Origin: a virus
Virus genome (UHGV): UHGV-0209654
DNA length: 41,774 nucleotides
Strand: one strand, 5' to 3'
In this document: piece after piece, positions 33,615 through 41,774 of the stretch
How the letters are laid out: each line of letters begins with the position of its first letter
Numbering within the stretch: position 1 is the first letter of the stretch
The notes under the pieces: generated by a model
Database searches by the model: none
What the model was told of the DNA's origin: nothing
The model's input: the letters and a program-made list of their open reading frames with translations, nothing else
Position numbers and translations under genes: made by a program

Positions 33615-33890
33615 TTATCTGCGGTCGATCCGCAGGATGAACTCCCGGTTATCCGTATCTTCCACGATAAAATCATCTCCTGCCTTGCACAGCCTCATAT
33701 TGTCCAGCTGCGCGTTGCTCATCGTACACCAGAAGAAACTCACGCGAAGGATGCTCCTCATATAGGCTCTCCTGGCTATGATCTGGTCCTTGTCCATGAT
33801 CTTTGCATAATAGCCGCCGGCTCCCTGGTCAACTCTATGCCTTGCCAGCTCCGCCGCCTGCATTTCTTCCATCTTCTCCATCTGTACCAC
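33615..33890 (-). CDS. Hypothetical protein (91 aa)
   Basis: ORF only. Overlaps neighbours. Confidence 0.35.
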   Translation of the reverse strand: MVQMEKMEEMQAAELARHRVDQGAGGYYAKIMDKDQIIARRAYMRSILRVSFFWCTMSNAQLDNMRLCKAGDDFIVEDTDNREFILRIDRR

Positions 33891-34422
33891 CGCCTAACTG
33901 CAGCCTTCCTGCCGCCATTCTGATCTGATCATCCAATCTCTGTCTGTTCTCCTGTCGGATCCATGGCGGAAGCGCTTCTACCCGCTTCATCTCTTGGATC
34001 TTTGGTCCATATGAGTCGCGGAAGAATGCTCGCTCTGCCATAATGTTTTCGCTTCTGCAGATATTCTGCCAGCCAATGTTTTTTACCACAGTTCTGCATG
34101 GTTCTGGCAAACTTTCCAAGGCTGCTGTTTCCTGCATGTACCCATAAGTCCGTACCGCCTTCAGGACCATTCCCCAGGCATCATCCGTACTTAAGGCTTC
34201 CGGATGTTCTATCTGGGTGCATAACTTTCTGATCTCAGCAGCAGAAGGAAAGAAATTACTTGTAGCCATCAACTGCCTTACTGCGTTCTTGCACTGCTCA
34301 TAGGGGATATCCCCGATCAGTTCGTACCAGATATCCATAGATGCCGCGCTCTTTGTGATCTGGTTCCTGCCATAATACTCTTCCATGGTAGCTGCTAGTG
34401 TTGCAAACTCCCTCTTATCCAT
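33835..34422 (-). CDS. Replication-associated hypothetical protein (195 aa from ATG 34422)
   Basis: RBS AGGAGGTG. ATG overlaps replisome organizer stop. Gly-rich C-terminal tail. Confidence 0.45.
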   Translation of the reverse strand: MDKREFATLAATMEEYYGRNQITKSAASMDIWYELIGDIPYEQCKNAVRQLMATSNFFPSAAEIRKLCTQIEHPEALSTDDAWGMVLKAVRTYGYMQETAALESLPEPCRTVVKNIGWQNICRSENIMAERAFFRDSYGPKIQEMKRVEALPPWIRQENRQRLDDQIRMAAGRLQLGGGTDGEDGRNAGGGAGKA

Positions 34423-35335
34423 TCTCCGCCCACCTCCTGAGCCGTTCTGCCTTATCATCGGTTGCTCTTGCCGCTGTCCTTCCCGACTGGGATTGCATAT
34501 AAAGAGTTTCAAACTTTTCCCGAAACTTCTTGGTACTCCGGATATTTGCTTTCCAGAACTGGTTTGTAACCGCATATTCCAATGCAGCACGGATCTGCTC
34601 CGGTGTCCTGTGGTCAATGCGGAGCATCCTTTCAATGTGGACACACCACTGGGATTTTTCTTCATCCGTTACCGGAACTCTGGATCCTGGGAATCCTTCC
34701 AGACAGGAATGGATCAGGGTATTTACACAGATCATCTCAAAAGAATCCGGAGTAAACATGGTTGCTGCTTCTGCTGCAACGCCACTCTCTTTATTTACTT
34801 TTATTTCTTTTTCTTTACTTTTCTTTTCTTTACTTTTCTTTGTGTCATTTTTCCGGGAATTATCGTTATTCTTCCAGGAATTATCCTCATTTTTCCGGGA
34901 AGAATGAAAAGAAGGGTTCACTTTAATAAAGGGTTCCGTTTCATCCGCTTCCAAAAGCCAGAAACCCTTTATTACCACCGGTGTCTTTTTGGCGCGTTCC
35001 TTGACTGCCAGCTGATACCGTTTCTGTATTCCGGGTGAGGTGAGGATAGTGTCCGACTTGAAAAGTGTGCTGTCCAGTAGTGACCGTTCAAGCAAGAATG
35101 TCAGCACCTGCTCTATGAACCCATCTGAGAGATTCAGGTCTGCTGCCAGGATGAACTTAAAATCGTCATTCCATTCCATGTAGTAGCCTTTTTTGTAAAT
35201 CTCGCAGAGTAAATAGATATATACCGCGATCCCGTTATTGCCAAACCTGGCACGCAGGATCCGGATTTTATTATCCGTGAAAAAATCGACATCAAGAGGA
35301 AAGTAACTAAGACCTGGCTTCTGCTGTCTTGGCAT
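34415..35335 (-). CDS. Phage replisome organizer (N-terminal Lin1244/DUF4373-like domain + DnaD-like C-terminal region), 306 aa
   Basis: N-terminus GLSYFPLDVDFFTDNKIRIL...GNNGIAVYIYLL. Low-complexity KE-rich linker. RBS GGAAGGAAAGGAAA. Confidence 0.6.
   Translation of the reverse strand: MPRQQKPGLSYFPLDVDFFTDNKIRILRARFGNNGIAVYIYLLCEIYKKGYYMEWNDDFKFILAADLNLSDGFIEQVLTFLLERSLLDSTLFKSDTILTSPGIQKRYQLAVKERAKKTPVVIKGFWLLEADETEPFIKVNPSFHSSRKNEDNSWKNNDNSRKNDTKKSKEKKSKEKEIKVNKESGVAAEAATMFTPDSFEMICVNTLIHSCLEGFPGSRVPVTDEEKSQWCVHIERMLRIDHRTPEQIRAALEYAVTNQFWKANIRSTKKFREKFETLYMQSQSGRTAARATDDKAERLRRWAENG
34780..34920. repeat. Short tandem DNA repeats within replisome organizer linker
   Basis: CTTTACTTTTCTTT x2. 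TTCCGGGAATTATC / TTCCAGGAATTATCC / TTCCGGGAAGAATG encoding SRKNEDNS/WKNNDNS/RKNDTKKS. Confidence 0.6.
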
Positions 35336-35693
35336 TTTCCTTTCCTTCCCTTACCTGCTGTCCAGCTTCCCACTCTTTGAAGAGCTGGATCCAGTCTTCT
35401 AATCTCATAGTGACCAGCCATTCTGACCGGTCCCTGCGGTGGAATACACACGGCTTCTCTCCGGTCCTGGTGTCCCTTTTTGACTGTTCCATGGCTTCCT
35501 GGAGGTTGAGCCGTTCCACTCTCTTACATTCTATATGGATGCCTGGGAGACCGATCACATCCGCGTCACCGCTGATCCCGCAGAACTGCTGCCCTCTGCG
35601 GCAGTCATAGCCGTGATCTCTTAACTTTCCGGCCAGTTCTCTTTCTCCGCGTTTTCCTTTTTCCCGTTGTGATTTTCCCATAACGATCCTCAT
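35307..35693 (-). CDS. PD-(D/E)XK-type nuclease (Holliday-junction-resolvase-like), 128 aa
   Basis: Motif arrangement GDADVIG ... IHIECK. Alternative start at M5 with better RBS. Confidence 0.45.
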   Translation of the reverse strand: MRIVMGKSQREKGKRGERELAGKLRDHGYDCRRGQQFCGISGDADVIGLPGIHIECKRVERLNLQEAMEQSKRDTRTGEKPCVFHRRDRSEWLVTMRLEDWIQLFKEWEAGQQVREGKENAKTAEARS

Positions 35694-35702
35694 CTTTCTT
35701 TA

Positions 35703-35745
35703 AAAAGGGGCGGCGGTCAGCGAATTGGGTTCATGGTCCGCCCCT
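35703..35745 (-). terminator. Hairpin AAGGGGCGG...CCGCCCCTT followed by U-tract on - strand
   Basis: 9-bp GC-rich stem, long loop, TTTTTAAAG after the stem on the - strand reading. Confidence 0.35.
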
Positions 35746-35833
35746 TCAGGTACAACACCTCTGGTCATTTAATATCGTGACATATAAAACTGACCTTCAA
35801 GGTAATAAAACAAGCTTTTTCAAATACAATAGA

Positions 35834-36586
35834 TTATCCGATGATAGTAATACGATTTCTGAGTGCCATATCCTGTTCTGACAGGACTAACTCCAGATAA
35901 TCCTTGATCTTTCTTACTGCTTCCGCCTTCCAGATGCCGCCCTCTGCTTCCACCAGTTTAAACTCCGGTGTCCCTCTGTCTCCGATACGGAATACAAACT
36001 GGCTGACCGGCTGTTCTACTTCCTGGAAGGTACGGTAAGGTCTTAACTGGACCGGATTTGGTACGATCGCATCTGCCTTGGCTGCTACTCCCACAGTCAT
36101 AGTTGCCACCTGAGTACAACCGTCATCGGAATAGGTCTGTTCATTCTTTCTTTCAATATTTCCGGCAAGCAGGAGCACTGCATCCAGATCCGCTGTTTTT
36201 GCGAAGTTAGCCTGCAGGCTGATCATAAAACTTTCCTGGTCGTACCACTGATCAAAGTGGAAGCCGGAAACCTGGGCCTCCGTCTCAAGCAGGACCTCTC
36301 TCTTACGTTCCCCATCCAGGGCAGACATCAGCCTGACTTTTGTAGGACTTACTACATGGATGATCATCCTTCTGCCTTCCGTAAACTCTTCCCTGCAGTT
36401 TACAATGTAATCTGCCAGTGCTGAAAGGGTCGTGGCCTTTACAGGATCGGCATAATTAGTCGTATCATATCTTCTCAGTGTCTTGTTGGCATATGTATGG
36501 CCGCAGATCTCCACTACTTCTGTTTTTGCATTTTCCCTGGCAAGATCTTCCACATGCTCCAGGGCATCTTTTAAACCTTCTAACAT
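35834..36586 (-). CDS. Hypothetical early protein (250 aa)
   Basis: RBS AAAGGAGAG. Confidence 0.5.
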   Translation of the reverse strand: MLEGLKDALEHVEDLARENAKTEVVEICGHTYANKTLRRYDTTNYADPVKATTLSALADYIVNCREEFTEGRRMIIHVVSPTKVRLMSALDGERKREVLLETEAQVSGFHFDQWYDQESFMISLQANFAKTADLDAVLLLAGNIERKNEQTYSDDGCTQVATMTVGVAAKADAIVPNPVQLRPYRTFQEVEQPVSQFVFRIGDRGTPEFKLVEAEGGIWKAEAVRKIKDYLELVLSEQDMALRNRITIIG

Positions 36587-36620
36587 CGATCATCTCTCCT
36601 TTACTCATTTATCTTTTTTA

Positions 36621-37046
36621 TCATGCCTGCTGTCTTCTTAAGTCGATCGGCCCGTTCCTTCTGTCCTCAAAGATCTCACCAGTCTCCGGATCCACCCTTC
36701 TGCCGGGGCTGACCTCTTCATAAGCAGCTGCAGGGATCTCCTGTACCGGATTGACCTGTGGAAGCCTGCTTCCCGGCTCTGACATATCAATACGGCCCGT
36801 ACTGGAGTCCTGTCCCACCAGGAACATGGTCTCCGCTTTCTTAAATCCGGCTAACTTAGGCTTCACGTTATACTCTACCTTCAGGTTCCCACGTCCGGCC
36901 GGTTTGAACTTGATATTGATCGTCATTTCCCTGGCAGCTTCCGGATCCATGTTCGGATCCAGGATGTTCCTTCCGATCTGCCTCAGGGCCATGTTGAACT
37001 CCTCATGCAGCCTGCCATTGCCAATGCTGTCAAATGTTATCGCCAT
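36621..37046 (-). CDS. Hypothetical early protein (141 aa from ATG 37046)
   Basis: RBS AAGGAGGTG. ORF-track start 37067 lies inside the RBS. Confidence 0.5.
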   Translation of the reverse strand: MAITFDSIGNGRLHEEFNMALRQIGRNILDPNMDPEAAREMTINIKFKPAGRGNLKVEYNVKPKLAGFKKAETMFLVGQDSSTGRIDMSEPGSRLPQVNPVQEIPAAAYEEVSPGRRVDPETGEIFEDRRNGPIDLRRQQA

Positions 37047-37076
37047 GCCTTGATCACCTCCTTTCATTTCGCCTAT

Positions 37077-37949
37077 TTAGCTGAAAAAATCTGCCGCTGC
37101 ATCGTTCGTTTCCTGCGCAGCATCATCTTCCTGGACTGCAGCATTCTCTTCCTGCGGTACCGCTGCCTCTTCTACTGCATCCGGCTGTACAGTCTCCACA
37201 TAATCCCGGCTTCCGTCCTCACGGATCACTGCCATATCAGAGTCAATGGCGTCCTGAAGGTCAATGCTCATAATGCCCCACTTACTGATCAGCTGGCGGA
37301 GCATGGTCTTGTAGGCCATAGCATCAAAGTCCTTGGCCCAGAAGGTCCAGCTTGTCCCTTTGACTAAATCTTTCTTATAGCCGGGACTATACTTTTTGGC
37401 ATGTGCTTCCATTTTTGCCCTGCTCCAGTACATTGCTTTCCGGAAGCCATTGGTATACTCAAACATTGCATAGTAGCCGATCGTAGGTGCTGCTTCTCTC
37501 TGCTCTTCATTCTGGATCAGGTTCACTTCAATCTCTTCATTCAAAGGGTCAAAGCGTATCAGCTCCCCCTCTTTAATAGAAAGCACGTTCAGTTTCTTAT
37601 ACTGACCAGAACGGATAGCTAACTGAATGTATCCTTTATAGCCTAACTGGAACTGTGCTTCCTTTCCTTTATTGCTATTGTCATATGGAACCATGTAATA
37701 CTGACCAAGCTGAGGTGATGGTGATAAATTTAATGACTCACCTAAAAGAGCTGCATTTAAAAGACTTGAGTTTGTACACTCCTGCAAGGCTGGGTTCGCC
37801 TGAACTGCAGAAACCAGTGCTGAAATAAAACGCGGGCCCACTTTTCCGCCAAGAAGTTTATTGATCTGCTGTTTTGCCGCATCCTGGGTGAGATACACTG
37901 AAAAATCTAATTTACCCTGCCTACTTACCAGACTGTTTTTTACTGCCAT
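37077..37949 (-). CDS. recT: RecT-family single-strand annealing recombinase (290 aa)
   Basis: Size, acidic C-terminal tail and position next to YqaJ-type exonuclease and DUF1351-like gene. Confidence 0.75.
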   Translation of the reverse strand: MAVKNSLVSRQGKLDFSVYLTQDAAKQQINKLLGGKVGPRFISALVSAVQANPALQECTNSSLLNAALLGESLNLSPSPQLGQYYMVPYDNSNKGKEAQFQLGYKGYIQLAIRSGQYKKLNVLSIKEGELIRFDPLNEEIEVNLIQNEEQREAAPTIGYYAMFEYTNGFRKAMYWSRAKMEAHAKKYSPGYKKDLVKGTSWTFWAKDFDAMAYKTMLRQLISKWGIMSIDLQDAIDSDMAVIREDGSRDYVETVQPDAVEEAAVPQEENAAVQEDDAAQETNDAAADFFS

Positions 37950-37964
37950 TTCTATATCCTCCTC

Positions 37965-38861
37965 TTACTGTTTCGGTACCGGCTCAAACCGGATGCCATT
38001 TTCTTTTAAAAATCCTTTTAACTTCGTCAGCTGCTCCCTGGTGGCATAGACCCTGAAGTCGATCACATTGACCGGCTCTTCCACAGTCTCCATTTTGGGA
38101 ACTTCTGTCTTAACAGGTTCTGCTGGAGCTGCCTGTACCGGCTCCTGTCTCCCGGCTGCCATTACCTTCTCAGCTGCAGCTTTCCGCTGTGCTTCCTGCT
38201 CTGCCTTTCTTCTTGCCAGCTCTTCCTGATACAGCCTGCGGTTCTGTTCCTCTGCCTCTAACTGGTTCCTTTTTGCCATGGCAGCACCGATATCATAAGT
38301 CTCCAAAAAGACTTTCTTCATATCACCGGCATAAGGACTGTCCACTTCATTTAAGATAGCCAGACCCTCATCTACCTTCTGGATCAGCGCCAGGATCTCC
38401 TCCTTGATGGACTTCATGGTAGTGGAAGCAAGGGCATATCTTGGCTGCATCACACGTTCAAATGGAAGATACTTGCCAATATCGTGAATGTTATCTTCAT
38501 AGAACTCTCTGACCTTGGCTGTCTTTTCCTCACGTAAGCGCTCTTCATAGCCTTTGACCTGGCCGTCAATGTTATCGATCGCTTTTTTGATAATTGCTGT
38601 AAGATCATCGACTTCTAAACGGAAGGTCTCATAAGGCTCCATAACCTTTTTGCGTACTCTGGATTTCTCTGCTTCCAACGCATCTTTAAACTTATTTAAC
38701 TTTGTTCTGTCTTCTTTAGCCTTTTTGATCATGTCATCTGTATAAACAGATGCTGCATATTCCGCAGAAATAGGCTCTATATAGCTTTTAAGCTCTTCAT
38801 AATTCCACTCGATCCGCTTTAAGAAGCTGTCTTCCGGGTTATAAACTTTCAATTCCAACAT
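37965..38861 (-). CDS. DUF1351-like phage protein (298 aa from ATG 38861)
   Basis: Coiled-coil-rich. Typical partner of RecT modules. RBS AAGGAG. Confidence 0.5.
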   Translation of the reverse strand: MLELKVYNPEDSFLKRIEWNYEELKSYIEPISAEYAASVYTDDMIKKAKEDRTKLNKFKDALEAEKSRVRKKVMEPYETFRLEVDDLTAIIKKAIDNIDGQVKGYEERLREEKTAKVREFYEDNIHDIGKYLPFERVMQPRYALASTTMKSIKEEILALIQKVDEGLAILNEVDSPYAGDMKKVFLETYDIGAAMAKRNQLEAEEQNRRLYQEELARRKAEQEAQRKAAAEKVMAAGRQEPVQAAPAEPVKTEVPKMETVEEPVNVIDFRVYATREQLTKLKGFLKENGIRFEPVPKQ

Positions 38862-38875
38862 GTCTGTTCTCCTTT

Positions 38876-39529
38876 TTACTGTAATGGTGGAAGGACTCTG
38901 TTTGGGCTTGTCCCTGTAACTACACAGTTCCAAAGCCTGCGTTCTGCATCTACCAGAAAACAGATATCATCTTCCACCTCTTCGCGCTCTATAAATCGTT
39001 CTATCGTTTCAAGGCGCATTTCTTCTCCATACCAGCTCTTCAGCTGGGCTTTTAATACTACAAAGTCATATTCTGTTACCGCCAGATAATGAAGGACTTG
39101 GCAGTAATAGTTATCCGGGATCCCTTTTCTCCATTTCTCCCACTGGGAAGACCGCAGGATATTGGATGTTTTGATCTCCAGGATCCCATGTCGTCCGGTA
39201 CTGTCCAGAAGTTCTCCATCCAGAGAAGCGTGCATCCAGGGATATTTTGAATTGATAAACATGTTATTTTCATCATAGGAAACTTTGTATTCCGGATGAT
39301 CCAGTACAAACAATGCTCTGAGATACTTCTCCGCCTCAGTTCCATACTGGACGTAATCTTTATCAGAAATATCTTCCGGAAGCACCAGTCCAACCTTTTC
39401 TTCCCATAACTGCACGTTGTTCTTATATGGATTTCTTCCAACACAGGCAGCCGCATCCGAACCGCCTATATGGTTCTTTCTTCCCTGCAGCCACTCTTCC
39501 CGGCTGTTAAACAGCTTTTTTGTCACCAT
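38876..39529 (-). CDS. YqaJ-type viral recombinase exonuclease (lambda-Exo-like), 217 aa
   Basis: N-terminal IGGSDAAACVGRNPY...LW and PD-(D/E)XK-like core (LDGEL...ILEIKT). Confidence 0.75.
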   Translation of the reverse strand: MVTKKLFNSREEWLQGRKNHIGGSDAAACVGRNPYKNNVQLWEEKVGLVLPEDISDKDYVQYGTEAEKYLRALFVLDHPEYKVSYDENNMFINSKYPWMHASLDGELLDSTGRHGILEIKTSNILRSSQWEKWRKGIPDNYYCQVLHYLAVTEYDFVVLKAQLKSWYGEEMRLETIERFIEREEVEDDICFLVDAERRLWNCVVTGTSPNRVLPPLQ

Positions 39530-39686
39530 TTACATCACCTTCCAGCTTCATAAGTCTGCCACAGTTCGGGCACGGAGTAATCTCACCCAGAAGAGACCAG
39601 TTACGCAGGCCACAGCTGCAGCTTAACAGAAAAAACGGTGATGTGATCTGGATACGGCTGTCTGGGTAGTGCTGCGGGCGGCTCAT
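39507..39686 (-). CDS. Small zinc-ribbon protein (59 aa)
   Basis: CSCG...CPNCG. ATG overlaps upstream stop (ATGA). Confidence 0.35.
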   Translation of the reverse strand: MSRPQHYPDSRIQITSPFFLLSCSCGLRNWSLLGEITPCPNCGRLMKLEGDVNGDKKAV

Positions 39687-40036
39687 GCTTCCACTTCCTT
39701 CAGGTTTTGGTCCCGGATCAGACGCTCTTTCCATTCTATAAGGTCAGTTTCATCTGGAGCTACGATATCCTCATACGTTGGAACTGCCAGGATAAAATCC
39801 CCTACAATGGGATACCCATAAAAGCGGGATCCTGTCCTGTTTAATGGAAGCTGCTTTAAGATGCCTTCTTCATCCACCAGCATCATTACTGGCTTACCAA
39901 AGTAGTCAAACATCCTCTGCGTCTTTACTGTCTCAAACATGCCACCCACAACTTTCTGAATGGCCCTGTAATCATCAAAGTCCACATCAACAACGGTAAT
40001 TTCATTGCTGCTGGTGATCTTTATTGTCTTTGCCAT
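39683..40036 (-). CDS. Hypothetical early protein (117 aa from ATG 40036)
   Basis: RBS GAAGGAGAA. ORF-track TTG start at 40078 is less likely. Confidence 0.45.
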   Translation of the reverse strand: MAKTIKITSSNEITVVDVDFDDYRAIQKVVGGMFETVKTQRMFDYFGKPVMMLVDEEGILKQLPLNRTGSRFYGYPIVGDFILAVPTYEDIVAPDETDLIEWKERLIRDQNLKEVEA

Positions 40037-40217
40037 CTTGCAATTCTCCTTCTCCCTCCGTATAATGAGGGTGTGCAATTATTTTTCTTTTGGACCTTCC
40101 GCAGTTGCAGCTGCCTGGGTCCTTTTTTATGTAGCCTCTGCATGCCTGCAGGCGGCTTCTCTCCATGCACCGGTTCTTCCCGATGCAGGTACCGCACTGG
40201 TCTTTCCACACAGCCAT
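40002..40217 (-). CDS. Cys-rich small protein (71 aa)
   Basis: CGTCIGKNRC...C...CNCG. Start overlaps upstream stop (ATGA). Confidence 0.35.
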   Translation of the reverse strand: MAVWKDQCGTCIGKNRCMERSRLQACRGYIKKDPGSCNCGRSKRKIIAHPHYTEGEGELQDGKDNKDHQQQ

Positions 40218-40402
40218 CACAGCACCTGGACCGCAAGCGCAGCCCCAAGCATCATGAAGACTATCACCCACATGCCACCGACTACAAATGTCTCCGTGAT
40301 GCCTACCCAGTCCACTGGTTTCTTCTTTGGCCTGGTTGCCTGCACTGCCACATAAGACAGCTCCATGCCTGTCCGACCATTGTAGTTTTTGATCTTTGCC
40401 AT
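40217..40402 (-). CDS. Small membrane protein (61 aa), C-terminal TM
   Basis: RBS AAGGAGAG. C-terminal hydrophobic VVGGMWVIVFMMLGAALAV. Confidence 0.4.
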   Translation of the reverse strand: MAKIKNYNGRTGMELSYVAVQATRPKKKPVDWVGITETFVVGGMWVIVFMMLGAALAVQVL

Positions 40403-40804
40403 TGCTTCTCTCTCCTTTCCAAGCTTGTCCACCAAGGCCGCTCTCAGGCGGTCTGGATCACTTCTGTATTAGGAATTGTCAAAAGCGATCTGTAGCAGAT
40501 GCTGTTAACAATATCTCGTCTCTGTTCCTCCGGAAGTTCATCCAGAAGCAATCTCTGTTCTCCAATCCTTACATGATTGGTAAAAGTAATCTCTTTCAAT
40601 ATCACCACCCCTCTCTCTTCATCTGTATGCCTTGGAGCATGTACTTGTTGCTATTAATCTGGCTCCAATGGCAGATCTTCCGTGGTTCTCGATACGGATT
40701 AAGTTTTTTTCACTTTCTCACTCCTTCCCTCTATTGCTTTTCCACTTCTTTCACCATATACTTGTATTTGCCAATACCAAACATCTTTTCGAAAGGAGTT
40801 ATGC

Positions 40805-41224
40805 ATGAAACTGAACCCTAAATGTATCCGTGATTTACTTGAAGTTTTCGAAGAAACTGTTCAGGACGCAAATACCACTTATCACTTCGAATCTATGGAA
40901 GATCTCCAAGAAGACTCACGGCTTACTGAATACACATCTGAGGAACTTGCCTACCACTGTCAGCAACTCTATCTGTCTGGCTTTTTCTATCACGGAAAGC
41001 TTCATCCAGATGGTGGCTTCTCTTTTATAGACATCATGCCGGAGGCTCACGCACTTCTCGCCAATATGAGAATACCTAAAGTATTCAAAATACTTCAAAG
41101 TTTTATCGGCGTTGCAGGAAGCGCCAGCATAGAGCAAATGGCTACAATAGCAACCACAGCAATGACATCCGTGCTTCCGGGAATCATAAATCTGGCACAG
41201 GAGACTCTTCGAAAAACTCCATAA
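40805..41224 (+). CDS. Plus-strand hypothetical protein (139 aa) embedded in the early region
   Basis: Strong RBS GAAAGGAG. Opposite orientation to the flanking early genes. Confidence 0.5.
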   Translation: MKLNPKCIRDLLEVFEETVQDANTTYHFESMEDLQEDSRLTEYTSEELAYHCQQLYLSGFFYHGKLHPDGGFSFIDIMPEAHALLANMRIPKVFKILQSFIGVAGSASIEQMATIATTAMTSVLPGIINLAQETLRKTP

Positions 41225-41387
41225 GCAAATCTTTCTTTCCAGATAAAATCCAGGTTCCGTCCGGCCCTATTGATAAAGAGAAATCCGTCAGTCCAGTTGT
41301 GGAAACGGATTTTCCATTGATCGTCAGGGCCTTTTTTTCTAAATCCAATTCAAGAGTTTTTAGCTTGAATGATTTCACCTCTCTCAC
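41184..41387 (-). CDS. Small early protein downstream of cro-like gene (64-67 aa, GTG start)
   Basis: RBS GGAGG. Directly follows cro-like gene. Confidence 0.4.
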   Translation of the reverse strand: MREVKSFKLKTLELDLEKKALTINGKSVSTTGLTDFSLSIGPDGTWILSGKKDLLMEFFEESPVPDL

Positions 41388-41390
41388 CTC

Positions 41391-41573
41391 CTACTTCAAC
41401 AGCTTCTCAATGGGCACTCCCAAGTAGTCCGCTACTTTCTGAACTTTGCGGATACCGGGCTCATTGTTATTCCATTTGCAAATATAGCTTCGTGGAAATT
41501 CCAATTCCTGCTCTAATTGCATAATCGTTATTCCCTTTTCTTCACAAATCTTTTTGACATTGTCGTATAACAC
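41391..41573 (-). CDS. Cro-like XRE-family HTH protein (60 aa, GTG start)
   Basis: HTH ITIMQLEQELEFPRSYICKWNNNE. RBS GGAGGTG. Faces the operator cluster. Confidence 0.7.
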   Translation of the reverse strand: MLYDNVKKICEEKGITIMQLEQELEFPRSYICKWNNNEPGIRKVQKVADYLGVPIEKLLK

Positions 41574-41594
41574 CTACTTCACCTCCTCGCTATA

Positions 41595-41774
41595 AGATAA
41601 ATTGCGCAAAATTTTGAGATTATAATATTGACTTTATGCGTAAAATATTCTACAATCAGAAGTGCCAACAACTATTAAGAATATTAGTCTTTCGCAAAAT
41701 CTTGCGCAACTTATAATTTTATTATACACAAGATTTTGCGTATGTCAAGGATTAATTGCGCAAAATTTTGAGGT
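41595..41774. promoter_or_regulatory. Genetic-switch region: at least 4 operator-like repeats (T)TGCGCAAAAT(T/C)TTG and divergent promoters (TTGACT-N17-TACAAT on +)
   Basis: Repeats at 41600-41618, 41692-41710, 41730-41742 (inverted), 41751-41770. + strand -35 at 41628-41633 and -10 at 41651-41656. Last repeat ends ...TTTTGAGGT, giving an SD for the ATG at nt 7 if circular. Confidence 0.55.

Larger units (their letters stand above)
1..41774. mobile_element. Temperate siphovirus-like phage genome, apparently complete and circularly permuted (lysogeny module 7-4402 on +, lytic genes on -)
   Basis: Full complement: repressor/ImmA/serine integrase, cro-like, RecT/YqaJ, replisome organizer, terS/terL, portal, scaffold, HK97-fold MCP, tail genes, TMP, holin, GH24 endolysin. 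Operator repeats at 3' end face the repressor at 5' end. Confidence 0.8.

Noticed and set aside
33599-33676. N-terminal 26-aa extension of the 602-aa ORF
   Set aside because: No RBS. An internal ATG at 33598 is preceded by GGGGGGAAAGGAAA.
41600-41770. Possible CRISPR array (repeated AATTGCGCAAAATTTTGAG)
   Set aside because: Only two exact copies plus degenerate inverted variants, irregular spacing, no cas genes, and a position between divergent repressor genes. These are operators.
41574-41774. LexA (Cheo-type GAAC-N4-GTTC) box in switch region or upstream of cargo operons
   Set aside because: Looked for it by eye near the promoters described. None seen.

Overview
The window reads as an apparently complete, circularly permuted genome of a temperate siphovirus-like phage of a low-GC Gram-positive host (Clostridia/Lachnospiraceae-like codon usage and RBSs). 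Gene order is canonical: XRE repressor + ImmA metallopeptidase + cargo + large serine integrase on the + strand (7-4402), then a candidate attP. Almost everything else is on the - strand in lytic order: cro-like HTH (41573), RecT/YqaJ recombination genes, replisome organizer, late activator, tRNA, terminases, portal, SPP1-like head genes, tail genes, tape measure, tail spike with C-terminal intramolecular chaperone, tail fibres, holins and a GH24 endolysin (4571). Operator-like repeats at the 3' end (41590-41774) plus an SD that spans the end/start junction suggest the repressor at nt 7 lies directly downstream of the operators on a circle. Two visibly AT-rich cargo islands sit at classic moron hotspots, and this is the most interesting signal. 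Both have the same architecture: GHKL (HATPase_c-like) ATPase -> small STAS-like (DUF4325-like) protein -> effector. The first (883-2683, between immA and int) ends in a PIN nuclease. The second (27452-29353, between a tRNA and terS) ends in a single-TM membrane protein. I do not recognise either as a named defence system. Other notable items: an Fst/par-like type I toxin-antitoxin candidate (28-aa toxin 6487-6573 with a convergent sRNA that shares a bidirectional terminator and carries a duplicated copy of the toxin translation-initiation region); a 14-bp perfect palindrome TTGCGACGTCGCAA present five times, apparently marking cargo boundaries; an in-frame Cys-rich insert bracketed by two of those palindromes; an RHH gene with a textbook promoter and direct-repeat operators; a lipoprotein moron inside the head module; and a tRNA with anticodon UAU next to the AT-rich island. 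All calls are from hand inspection of the sequence; no database searches were possible.
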